Made by a program: the position numbers and the translations under genes. Source: Balanoglossus misakiensis (lineage: Eukaryota; Animalia; Hemichordata). Taken from it: a stretch of 64,000 nucleotides of DNA. Shown here piece after piece: positions 13,198 to 25,179 of this stretch. The notes under the pieces were generated by a model. That model saw nothing but the letters and a program-made list of their open reading frames with translations. It was not told the origin of the DNA and made no database searches. The stretch's first letter is position 1. Each line of letters begins with the position of its first letter. The stretch covers positions 4,345,837-4,409,836 of the forward strand of contig CM082598.2 of assembly GCA_040954595.2 (NCBI GenBank), in the 5' to 3' direction.

Positions 13198-16100
13198 ATG
13201 GTGGGATTTTTCGCAGTCAGCCTGGTAACGCTGTCAATTTTGGCAAGTCCCATTGTTTCGCTACCCTCGTATCTGTCGCAAAGGGGTGAACTGCTAGCGG
13301 AGGATTTGTCTTTTGCCACCGGGAGCCAGATCCAGCTCAGCGGCAAAGAATGGGCGGTGAACGACGTACTTATGCGCATCAAGGAGGCCGAAATCAGGGT
13401 GGGGACTGAAAGCAGCGTCTATCCCCCTGCCGTGCACTTCTTCCAGGCAAAACCACAGATCGACCAGAGCGAGATATTTCAAATCATAAAAATGATGCCC
13501 AAAGGTAGGGAGGAATTTTCAGAACTGCTTTAACACGGCTTGTTAATGCACGAATTTCAACCAGAAATCGTGCATGCAGCCTTGTCGAGAAAAATGCGGT
13601 AAAATTGATCGAACTCTGCTAAAACGCATGTTACATGACCACTAGTACTGCATATATAGTACATGTAATTCTTACATGCAAGATCGGGTTGGACATTAAG
13701 GAAATATATTGCAAATACCACACATACCTATCTAAACGAGAGTAAGATACTTGAAATCATGAAATTTATGCCCAAAGGAACACTATAGGTCATATGACCT
13801 TGATAAGAGAAAGTTAGCATACGGACAAGCGGGGCGATTGTTATCTATTCTGCGTAAACTGTGACGTCATGTTTACATTTAGCCCAACACAGCCATGTTT
13901 TACATTGCACGAAATTACGCACATGCGCATAAGACAATCTTCGGCCATTAACCTGCATAAATGAGAGGACGAGGATATGCCAAGACGTCAGAAAATATAG
14001 GACAGGTGTATGTTTTACAACTCTGACGTCAGATTTCGTTGAATTGATCCTTTCATACGCAGGAGCGGTACTGCACGTTCACGCGGATTCCATCGTAGGT
14101 GCTGATTGGTTGATAAAAAACGCCACATACCGCCCTCATTGTTACTTGTGCTTTACCAAATCTAAAGGCATCGTTCTCTTCCGGTTCCGGCAAGAGAAAC
14201 CCGCAGACGACGACGAGTGTGAGTGGAAGTTAGTCGCAGCAGAACGTTCAGCATCCGGTGATACAGATGCGTTTGATCAGATGTAAGATATTTATTTAAA
14301 AGCTCCATTACCTGTAACGTAATACACATATTGACTGGCCATGAGGGCAACAGCATACGTCTGTAACCCTAGGGTCTGTGATGATTTCGGTGTTTTATTT
14401 TGTGTATCTACAACTGCAGATTCTTGGTCAAATTCATTAATCTGATGAAACCCCCAGGATTTATAGCTTATCTGCACAACCTATTTGTGTATAATCAGCA
14501 TTGTTTATGCAAAAATCGAATTCAAGTCCGGACTAGAATTCATTTGTAACAAATATGAGAGGTGCATTCTATCTTCACTCTGTGGATTTGCAGGTTGTAC
14601 AATGCAACAACTCTAATTGTTGACGACCCGGGAAGTACATACGAAGACCAAAAGCATATTTGGAAGTACTTCAAGGACTACTTTACGTCGAAATATGATC
14701 TTTTTTATTTTTCCGATGTTATTGAAGACGGGTACTATGAAGGTTTGACAGAGTTCTATGACGATGGAGTTCAGTTCGTGGAATTCCGATCATACTTGAG
14801 CCAAGTATGTATTATAAAGTCTCTCTCTCTCTCTGCCCCTTTTTCATAAATTATGTTTGATACAAGATATCGTTTATGTTATTCTACATGTGAATATACA
14901 GTGAATCAACGTTTGTTTTGTTCTGTTTATTAACGCGTTTTGTTTTTATTAAGATTTATGATATTGACGGTACAACATACGATTCGGAATACACGCTAAA
15001 TAAGTTTCAAGCTGTTAACGACGCATTCGTTGCTGAACATGAAGATTTCATCGGATCTAAAATAATTTACGCCCAGGCTAGGTGTGTTTTCATTTTACTA
15101 AAATGATTTTACTAATTCGCACTAACACTGAGGTTGATCTTAACTTGTCGACAGTTGTACACCCATTAACCCGCGACGACTCCCATTCAACTATACACGC
15201 CCATGGTGAGCGACTGCATACAATTCACCTTTTATTGCATAATTTGGACTTTCCAGGTCTAATGACAAGGAAGCTATGAAGCTAATTATAGAATATGCAA
15301 TGGAACTGTATCAGAAATATCCTGACTTCTTGGCTGGTTTTGACCTCGACGACAACGAAAATCAAAACAATCCACTAGTCGAATTCTGGGAGGAATTGCT
15401 GATCCCCGCACAGCGTGGGGTAGATTTACCATATTTCTTCCATGCCAGTGAAACAAGTAGGTACATAATATCAAGTAAAATGTCTTATTACCTGACATTA
15501 CATGCGCGCTTGGTAGCCCAATGGTGTGGAGGGGCTCATGCTATGGGTTTACAGGTGATTGAGAAAAATAGGCAATATCCCTGATTTTCAGGTACAGGGT
15601 CCCCGTGCATGGCATGTCACTCACCCATTGAGGGGCGGAGACTAGGTCACGCGTCATATGCGCATATAGGCAACTCTTCCCACCTTCTGAGTCACTTCTG
15701 AGGTAGCCGTCTTGCAGCTAACAGTGCACTTCGTGTGCTCCTGATCCAATCTCTTGGCTACCGCTATTTTGCGCTTAATTACGTTCAAATCCATTTCTAT
15801 GCATCACTAGTACGCCTCTGTGAGGCTGGATTGCTAGATTGGTGGGTTTACGGAGCTATTTTTCCGGTGCTATTGCTTATTTGGTCCGTCTGAGTCGGGA
15901 CGGGTGTTCTGTCGCCCAAGCCCAGCTTTACAAGTGCGTGTTCTGTCCACGCACAAGTCGAACGCTTCAGTGACACTCGTCATCGGAAGCTCGTTCGCGT
16001 TACCACACTGCAGATTTCTGTGGGAATTTCCCCAGAGTGCTTTATTAGGAGTTGAACCTCTGAAGTATTCGCAGTGTTTCCCGAGATTTCGTGACAACAT

Positions 16101-17517
16101 CAAATGTCTTGATGTGCAGTGTTCATATTCCATAGGCACCCCACAAGTTAGTACAAACAACTGGAAAGGTTGAATTAAAGATATACAAGAACCTCTCTTT
16201 TACATTAACCAATGTTCAAAATGGCGTCCTTCCAATGATCATGGGGTGGCTCGGTTTCTATAACCAGTGAATTTGACACATACTTAACCAAACCTGCAAA
16301 AGTCTGTTCTACTTCTCTTTTGCTGGGAATGTCATTGATAGCTTTACTTGTTTGTTGTTTTGCAGATTGGCAAGGCACTTTCGCTGACGACAATCTCTTT
16401 GATGCATTGCTTTTGAACAGTACGAGAATCGGCCATGGGTATGGAGCAATAAAGCACCCGGCAGTGCTGAAAAGACTTAAGGAGAGGGACATTCCAATCG
16501 AAGTTTGTCCTATATCTGGACAGGTTGGTCCAATCTTCACACTGTTCTTGATTTTCAGCTCGAATAAAACAGCAAAATAGTTCGTGCAGTCCTCAATGGG
16601 AAGTTAAGTCTGAGGAAAGAACTAACAAACAGCAAACGCAAAACCGCCATCTTGTATCAAAATGAATAACCGGAAATCCGGTCGACGGCGACAGAAATCT
16701 ATCAAGTACGACGAAATTGACTCACACAACAGGAGACAAAACACACTAATCTACTCTGTGAATTATTGAAAGGAGATTTCATCGCGAATCGACGTTTAGA
16801 ACGTTCACATTTGTGGAAGCACTTTTCGTCTATCACTTGCTTGTTTATCACTAGGTTCTCATGCACTTCAATGATCTGCGAAACCACCCCGCTGCACACC
16901 TGCTAGCCCACGGTTACCCCGTCGTCATAGCATCAGATAACAGAGCCTGTTGGGGAGCCAGTCCTATATCACATGATTACTACGAAGCGTTCATGGGAAT
17001 CGCCAGTGCCAAAGCTGACTTACGTCTACTGAAGCAACTTACCAGGGACTCTATCAGGCAAGCGTACAGAGATCAATGGTCACCTGATTTGCTTTTGCCA
17101 CTTTCTAACAAGAATGTGTTGTTTGAATTCATATTTTCCCTTTCACCGCCACGGTTTTCTATGGTCAAGTTGAGCCTCTATCATCATACATACAGAATAA
17201 ATTCTAACAATCAATATGGGGTAATTGGGTTATTTTAGCATTTGGAATAACATGGGCAATCTCCAATCTTCTCCATTTGTTCATGGTTCCACAGGTACAG
17301 CACTTTGAATAACAAACAAAAGCAAAAATGTATGGATATTTGGAGCTCCAAATGGGACGAATTTCTGGATAATGTCTTGACATTACACAATGTGACCGAC
17401 TGGGAAGACTATGTACCATCAGAAGAACCAACGGTTGCAGATGGTACATGTTTAAAGGACACTGGGCACACAGTGATAGCGTTCATTGTATTATTTTCAC
17501 TCTTAATTAGGCAGTAA
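13198..17517 (+). CDS. ADA2: Adenosine deaminase 2 / ADGF (CECR1)-family secreted protein with C-terminal hydrophobic extension
   Basis: Exons 13198-13504, 14063-14282, 14594-14804, 14954-15081, 15257-15456, 16366-16523, 16855-17057 (GC donor), 17295-17517. Signal peptide, '[26 protein letters not shown]', 'AGFDL', 'PYFFHASET', '[16 protein letters not shown]', 'IEVCPIS', 'DLRNHP', 'HDYYEAFMG', '[14 protein letters not shown]'. Confidence 0.93.
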
Positions 17518-18705
17518 TAAATCAAATTAAAGGCCCGTGTGGATGGGAATTGTATAGTTATTATTACAACATATTTATTGGACCAGTTAAACCGAATCCT
17601 CTCAGCCTGTAGGTAAATACATTATTTCGTATCCTCTGTCTTTACCGTCAATTCGGAATAATTTTGCAATAACGATTTAACGACGAAAAAAACATTAATT
17701 ACCTACGGATGCCGTGCCTGTTACATTCGAGGCTAACACAACATACGCAGACAGTCTCTTCCTTGCTCTGTGTTCCCTTGATATGACCTGTCCAAAAATG
17801 CCATCAGCCTTTATATTACTTCCCTCTTGTCCATGCAAACTTCCCTCTTGTTTCCCCATCTTTCAATGCTGAGCTTAAAATCCTTTCTTTGCGTGTTTTA
17901 TTTCCATATATTTCGACAAAAACAATTCAACTCATCAATCCACTCTACCTGACGATTGATCAAGTCATGATTTGTACAGCGATACAAAGTAGGCCTATTG
18001 TCGAGTTTTAGATGTGAAATGTGTGTATCTATAGAAACATTCGCCTTTTCAATTCTTTTGTCAGTCTAGTGTTTAATGTCATTAGCCAGGTGGACTACAA
18101 CATTCCATGGATAAATTGCAATGAATTATTTGAGATCTGATTTCCTGTTTTGTAATATGATTGTGTTTTCAGACAAATTTTGTATTGTCTAATTGAATTT
18201 GATGACAGACCGCCAGGTGCACACTTTCCAGGTTCATCAAACTGCTTTTCAACAAGTGTTTTTTCACTGGGAAAATTGTACCAACTTTTTTTGTCTGTAC
18301 GGGAATAAATTATGCTCTGGTTTGTGATGGATGACTTGAGTCTTCTATATAAGCAGGGAGATTTCTGCATCACACAACCAAATCTGTCGAAGCTACATCC
18401 TGAACAAGAACCTACCCTGCGATCGACGGTGAGTGACTCGGTGTTTTTCGCGATCTTTGAATCGAAATTTGTGCGCCTGAATATTCTGTCGTTCCTTGGA
18501 GTGCTTTAATAGTCTGCTTCCTGTGGCCACAGTCACGTGGTGCGGAAGCACATGAACCAACACACCTAACCGGAAGTTGCTTAGGTGCCATGTTGACATT
18601 CCGGTTGTAAAGGGAATTTTGAGCTTAGCATTATAATGGTTAAGACCAAAACTCATACAAGCACGGTTTTGTGTTTAGTACTCAATTTTGTTTCTTTCGC
18701 AGACA

Positions 18706-20482
18706 ATGTTTTCACCTTTGGCCTTCGTTTTCCTGGCTTGTGTTGCGGTGTGCTCTGCAGTAAGTATACTCTTCTCGCCAGATGCATGGTGACTGTGTGA
18801 ATTTGATTGCTGAAGTGCACATATCATGTGCATGTGTAAGTGCATATGACGCGAGGCATGAATTTGTGCCTGCCTAGCTGTACCTTTTACGGTCATTCTT
18901 TTTAACGGCCATACATGAATTTCATATGTTGTGGTATGGCTGACATTTTTTGTTAACGTTTATTTTCATAGTCTGGGAGACCACAAGTATGTGAACCTAG
19001 ACTGAACTCAGTGATTAAATTTCTATTGTCTTACCCCCCCCCCCACCCTTTTCATTCGCATTCGTGGATACAACAGACACCAGACGGTAAGCAAGTGCAC
19101 ACGATCGCTTTATATCGACAAAAGTAAATTTAAATGACCTGGCTCGGTTACCTTTTTCGTTCAATGAAAAATATTGGGTTGTTTGTGACGCGAACTACCA
19201 TTCATTCTGTGTTCGATACCCTAACAGTTCGAATATGCATGGGCACATTAATTGTCAATAAATCAGACTGGAGCATAGCATTGACTGTTTACTTCGGTGT
19301 CTGTCATTGTTTAGGTAGCTTCACTGTTGAGAATGTTGGGGTAGGCTGCGAATGTACTTTGTACGAAGTCTACTGTCAGCAGTCCGTCTGCGACCGTCCC
19401 TACCAAGAAACGGCCGCCAAGTTCTGCGCGTCGCGGTCAGTGCTGCCCGGCGGCCCGGCCGGTCGCCTCGCCGTACTCCGCACGCCAGAAATCGACCAGA
19501 TGGTGCGGGGGTACATCACCAACAACTCGCTAGACTCCGAGTCGTGCATCCCCAAGTTCGGGTTCTGGTTCGGCCTGGGCGACGCGGGCCAAGAGGGCGA
19601 GTACGTCTGGGCTGACAGTCGAAGCTTTTGCACGTCGAGCTACACCAACTGGGCAACAGGCGAACCTAACAACAATGATAAGAGGAATCCGTTCGGGCAA
19701 GACTGTGCACAGCTGTGGTGAGTCTCTGCAACTTCCGGTTATTGTTTCAATACTTTTGTATCAACTTCATGTACTTGTCTACTCATGTCAGGAACAGTGC
19801 CTCGGTCGCTGCCATTCATATAAGAAAAAAAGTTCACATTGTTTATGTTGGAGTAAACTGAACTTTACCCAGATGGTCACTTTCTTTGATATGTAAATGA
19901 TAGTCTCATTATGCATGTATGTGTTTTGTAAGCTTGGTGGGGTTTTTCCGTTCTTGTGAGTGTTCAACACAAAGCAGACTTGGTCAGTGATGTTCATCCA
20001 CTACTGTCCACTACTCGTGTTGGTGTCCAATAAAGAACTGACCGTTCTGAAACAAGCTATCGCTTCCTCTCGTTATATCATTGCACCGCACGCAATGAAC
20101 TACCGCACCTCAACAGTTTATACACGGTTATACACTGAATAAGCTTCTACATTGAAAACGACGCAACCTAAACTGAATCGTCAATGTGTAATATTTTTAT
20201 TTCTCGCCTTCTTTTAGGTTCAGGTACGACTTCGCTGGCTTGTGGGATGACGAATATTGTGATTACCGACCAAAAGGAACCATTTGCGAAATTCCGGGTG
20301 GGTGTTATTCACCTTAACTTTAATTCAATATAATTCATTATGAGGTGGTTAATCGCATGTGTATTGCAAGAAATGGTGTGGGTTTGGGGTGGGGCAACAC
20401 TATTTCATATGCGTAATTATAATTTGTTTGTTTTTTCTTTCACTTTCAAGATCCATATTGCCACTCCCTGTCTGCGAAGTAA
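18706..20482 (+). CDS. Secreted C-type lectin L1 (EPN motif)
   Basis: Exons 18706-18759 (signal MFSPLAFVFLACVAVCSA), micro-exons 18972-18986 and 19077-19086, 19315-19717, 20218-20297, 20451-20482. CTLD motifs WFGL, NW..GEPNN, DCAQL, WDDEYC, ICE. Confidence 0.9.
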
Positions 20483-20906
20483 AGAAGCCGGTTCTCGTGG
20501 GGTCGGCTCTACCCGAAAACAAGCACGTCGGTTTACGTTGTTTTCTCCATTGATTTTGTAGATTAATTTATTGCCAGCATGAGGTGTATTTAATGTACTG
20601 TGGCAGTTGAGAGCTATAATAAATTCAATGCAAATATACTCAATCGTGTTGTTGTTGTTTTGTCTGTGTTGTTTCCCTTTCGTTTGGGCCAGACCATGTG
20701 ACATCAAAATTCTATCATTTGAACACTCACTCATCAAACATCTGATTAATAAGAATTCAAACGAGATAGCTGCATTTAATCTAGTTTATTACAGACACAC
20801 TGCTTTGCCTTACAATTACATGTACTTCAATTACTGAAATATAAAGCGACGCACGTATTATCTTATCCGGGTGTGTGGTCTTCAATCTATTCCGGTGGGC
20901 CGGTTA

Positions 20907-22110
20907 TTAATCCAATGAGTTACAGAATGGATCTGAAATGTAAAAAGGAAATGGAAACAGTTACGTTCTCAAAGAATGACAAGTATAAAGAAAAATACTA
21001 CTGTACATGTATTTGGAAAGGGTAGAGATTCCACACTCCCAGAGGGGGGGGGGCACGCACAAAAAAGAATATCGTCAAAAATAGTAATTGCCTTCTTGTG
21101 TAGGCATTATTGATATGGAGAGTTCGTACATTACATCTGATACTTCTGCATATGAATATGCTAACGCGTGTAACCATTAGAATCACGTACCTGGGATTTC
21201 GCAAACGATGCCCTTTGGTCGGTGATCGCAATATTCGTCATCCCACTGACCAGCACGCTTTCCTCTGAACCTATTGAAGAAATACATACAGGTATATTAT
21301 CCTGGGTCAAATCGAAGTTGTCTTAACTTTGTATCTTGCCATTAGCTTAGCCGAGTACAATCGATAGGGAAATGTAGCTCTAGAATTACGTTCGTGACTA
21401 ATATCAGCTATTGATTCATTGTTTGGTCTTTTTGAAACCTTTGCATGGGGGAGTAAAAAGACCACACCAGGGTTGGTTGTGGGAATGGAGGTTTCAGATA
21501 AGTGTCCTCATACTTTCCGTAAAAGTGGTAAACAAGAAAAGGCTAACGGTTGATTTTTGCCGGCTTCCAAATCTTATCTACGCCTATAAGTATACAAGCA
21601 TGGGCGAGGCTGAGATGCGTGACTTACCAGAGCTGAACACAGTCCTGTCCAGCTTCGTCCTTCTTCTCATTGTTATTAGGTTCGCCTGATGCCCAGTTGA
21701 CAAAGTTGCCCTCACAGACAGCTGTACCATCTGCCCATACATATTCGCCTTCAAATCCTGCATCGCCCAGCCCGATCCACATACCAGGTTCGCGGAGGCA
21801 ATTACGCCTTTTGACAACCTTCTTCATGGCGAAATCGCGAACCTGGGTGTCTATGGCCTGGTCGCGCAGCACCGCCAGCTGACCTGATGGACCACCTGGC
21901 ACAACGGAAAGTGATGCGCAGAATTCGGCGGCTTTCTGTTGATAGGGTTTGTCTCTCTTATCTTGCTCACAAAAGAACTTGTACACGGTACATTGACACT
22001 CGTCGGCATTTTCTACTGTGAAGTCACCTATGATAAACAACAGGGAGCGATAGTGATGGACAGGTCACACAGAAAGAGCTACGGTACACATATACATGAA
22101 CATAACACTT

Positions 22111-22147
<37 letters not shown>

Positions 22148-22542
22148 GTAAAGTTTTCGATGAATAGATCATCATCATCATGATCAAAATACATCATCAT
22201 CATCGTCATAGCCATGAAACTTATAACACAAGAATAGTTGATACTTCCATAGCTCGCGTTCATCATTGTCTTACCTGCAAATTTTGGGTCTCGTACCGGT
22301 TTCTGTAGACCAAGACAAAGAATTATAGTAAGATATAAGTTATAAAAGCCAGTGCTGCGACTGATTTAGTTTCCATGATTGTCTTAGACTAGTCCCATCC
22401 TTTCACTTAGACTATTTCATTTAGTAAAGTCCAATTTCAGAATTTTCTTTGAGTAAACAGTTATGTTGTCACATACCTCCGGCCTGCCTTGCGTGTACGC
22501 AACACAGCAGGCGAAAAGAATAGAGACAATTCTGAGATCCAT
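20907..22542 (-). CDS. Secreted C-type lectin L2 (EPN motif)
   Basis: Exons 22542-22477 (MDLRIVSILFACCVAYTQGRPE), 22302-22275, 22027-21628, 21270-21191, 20932-20907 (DPFCNSLD*). WIGL, GEPNN, WDDEYC. Confidence 0.92.
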
Positions 22543-23220
22543 TGTTTCCTGGAAAAAAACAACCTTAAGGCATATTTCAAAAATATCTTTAAAACGATGA
22601 ATGCGATTACTGCAAACACCAAGTGTAGTGAAACGCAATCGATGTCTTTTGTACGTATACGCAGGTTGAGAAGAGAGTTTTCAGCTACAGATGTCACGGA
22701 ATGGAAAATGGAAATACATGCATTTTACAATAATTAACGCATACGCGTCGGCTTAACTTACCAGCCGAGGTTTGTACAGGAAAACGTCTTCTTCGCAGGA
22801 CGATGTGGTTGTAATTCGGAGTAGAAATCAACCCGTTAATAAAGAGTAACGTTGACCGGGGGTGTCCACTTCACAGGGCGTTAGCTATACCTTCTCGACA
22901 TGCGGAACGGGTTATAAACTCATAATGAGCAGCTTAGATAATCACCCCCGGATTAAAATGTCATAAGTGGAAAAATCATTTTTCGAAGGAGAGTATTTAT
23001 GTACTTGACAGCCACCTGCTGATATTCGCATATCCTTCAATGGAGATGCACCAGATATAGAGTAGGCTTTTGAAATTCACCAATTTGAAAGAAAGTCACC
23101 TATTTTAAACAAATCGCCCTCGGATCAAGCATTCTATCACCATTGCACTTACAAACTAACGGTCAATTAGCATGGAATGTGCTGTTTTTACTGTATGAGT
23201 AAATTTGACCAAGTGTTAAA

Positions 23221-23254
23221 CTCTCTCCCTCTCTCTCTCACTCACTCACTCACT

Positions 23255-23297
<43 letters not shown>

Positions 23298-23342
23298 ACT
23301 CACTCACTCCCACTCTCTCTCTCTCTCACTCACTCACTCACT

Positions 23343-23383
<41 letters not shown>

Positions 23384-23430
23384 TCACTCACTCACTCCCA
23401 CTCTCTCTCTCTCTCTCTCCCCCCCCCCAA
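23221..23430. repeat. Compound (CT)n/(CACT)n microsatellite
   Basis: Direct simple repeats. Confidence 0.93.
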
Positions 23431-23769
23431 ATTTGGCTTGGTTATTCTATTCGGAACTGTATTGCCGATCCACTTTACTGTCGAGGTCAACATAGTTGAT
23501 TTAATTTTATTTCCTTGTCAACAAAAAACAAGTGTGAAATAAATACGAATCATAACAACTAGTCGAATCCGCAATTAAAGAAAACAGAACAAAATTAGTT
23601 ACATTTCGAGACATTTTTTTTTCTTCAAAGAGTTGTTGTTACAAATTATTAAATTCTTTAATTTGAAATTTTCAGTACTTCCTTGGGATTGATTAAGATA
23701 TAACTTGGCTTTCCTTTATCCGTCGTCAGAGGAAGTTTGCTTGATTCCGGCTGTGTCGGATAAACTCGC

Positions 23770-24338
23770 TCAACAACTCCATGGCTTCTTCCAACAAACT
23801 ATGGAATGATTAAACAAGGCGTTTCTGAATACATGTACATGTAGAAATTTAGTTTTCTATAAATTCTAACCCACTTGGTGAAAATTCACTCCTTCCAAGA
23901 CTTTTTTGTATGCGCTAACAACAACAACAACAATATAGATTTACTGCTTACGTTTTTTGCTCATTGGTGTCTCTTTCTGCCTGGACTTGAGATATACTAC
24001 CAAGTCTTCTAACAGGTCAGTATCTTTCACTTCCTATTTAGAGATTGGGAGGAAGGATGTTAATGTACCGGTAGCAGTACATGTAAAACTAGTCATACTC
24101 ATACATAATTTTTTGTCTCAATCAGGTAACGCATAAAATGTCTGCATACATAGTTGCTGCAATGGCTGGTGATAACTAAAAGGGGCCTTTTGCCGCATGC
24201 GCATTCAAGCGGGTAGTTCGAAACATGAGAAATACTTACCGTGTCGACGTCATCGTTGTCATATTTTCTCTCGTCGCTGCGGACCTGGCTTACAAGAACG
24301 AGTACACACAGAGAGATGAGTATAAGAACGTACTTCAT
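23770..24338 (-). CDS. Small secreted peptide precursor P1 (69 aa): signal, acidic propeptide, KK, then LCWKKPWSC
   Basis: TATA-like element at ~24418-24426. Exons 24338-24240 (MKYVLILISLCVLVLVSQVRSDERKYDNDDVDT), 24033-23952 (EVKDTDLLEDLVVYLKSRQKETPMSKK), 23798-23770 (LCWKKPWSC*), with canonical gtaag donors. The last acceptor is chosen on its pyrimidine tract and on conservation of C/W/P/stop in the second copy at 29130-29158. An alternative AG at ~23825 would give QTPCLIIP*. Confidence 0.72.
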
Positions 24339-25148
24339 GGTTTCTCTCAGTGAAATAGAAGGACAAGCAACTGGTTCTGAGAAGATATGCAGCATGCAAT
24401 TCAAACCAAGGCCGCTTTTATATATAAACACTTCACTGGTTGTTATTGTCACTCGTGCCGAATGGTCCAGTTGAAAACGCATCTGGTTAATTGACAGTCA
24501 CGAAACCCGGTCCGGCAGTCTTTGTGCATACAATGTGCTCCACGTGCGTTTTAAAACACTGTAAAGGGTATACTCTGTCTTTTCACGAAGTCCGTACACT
24601 GATTTTGTCTGTAGAGCCACGAATCTCACGTTTTGCGGCTCGTCATCGAAGCACGAAGGGGTGGTGTTTTCTTCCCCTTGAAATGGTTCCGCATTTACGC
24701 GACACAATACTCAGGAACGTGCCGTTTCTTCAACTAGAGGCCAAACCGATGCGTATACTTTACTAATTGTCGTCGTTCTCCGCTCTAAACACGATTCAAA
24801 AAGAATGTTTTAAACTACCGGAAATATATTTAATTATTGAATTTGGTGCTACGCTGTCGTCACAGTTACAACACGTTTTCAGATATACAATGTAATATTT
24901 TTTCTCCACGCGTGAGCAAGACATTCGTGAAAATATTGTAGAACCTTTGTACGTGAAACAATACTTTCTATGACGTCATGGGTCCCTGGATGCCTAGTCG
25001 AATACTACCTAGTCAATCACAGTCAAGGAAAAAAGTAAACAGCTTCACCCATAGTTTTCTCCATTGAGACCAAACTTTAAAAAATTGAATTTAGACCAAA
25101 TTGTGACTGTGGAAAGGGGGCAACTGACTTGTGTGATGTCAACTTCCC

Positions 25149-25179
<31 letters not shown>

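Noticed and set aside
14430-14550. Similarity among 14.4-14.55 kb, ~34.66-34.75 kb and (inverted) ~56.79-56.9 kb
   Set aside because: Short degenerate dispersed repeat fragments with no definable ends; not enough to classify.
23770-23798. Calling P1 a somatostatin/allatostatin-C or urotensin II orthologue
   Set aside because: Only the WK pair and terminal SC are shared; loop size and the missing Phe before WK differ. Kept as an analogy, not an assignment.
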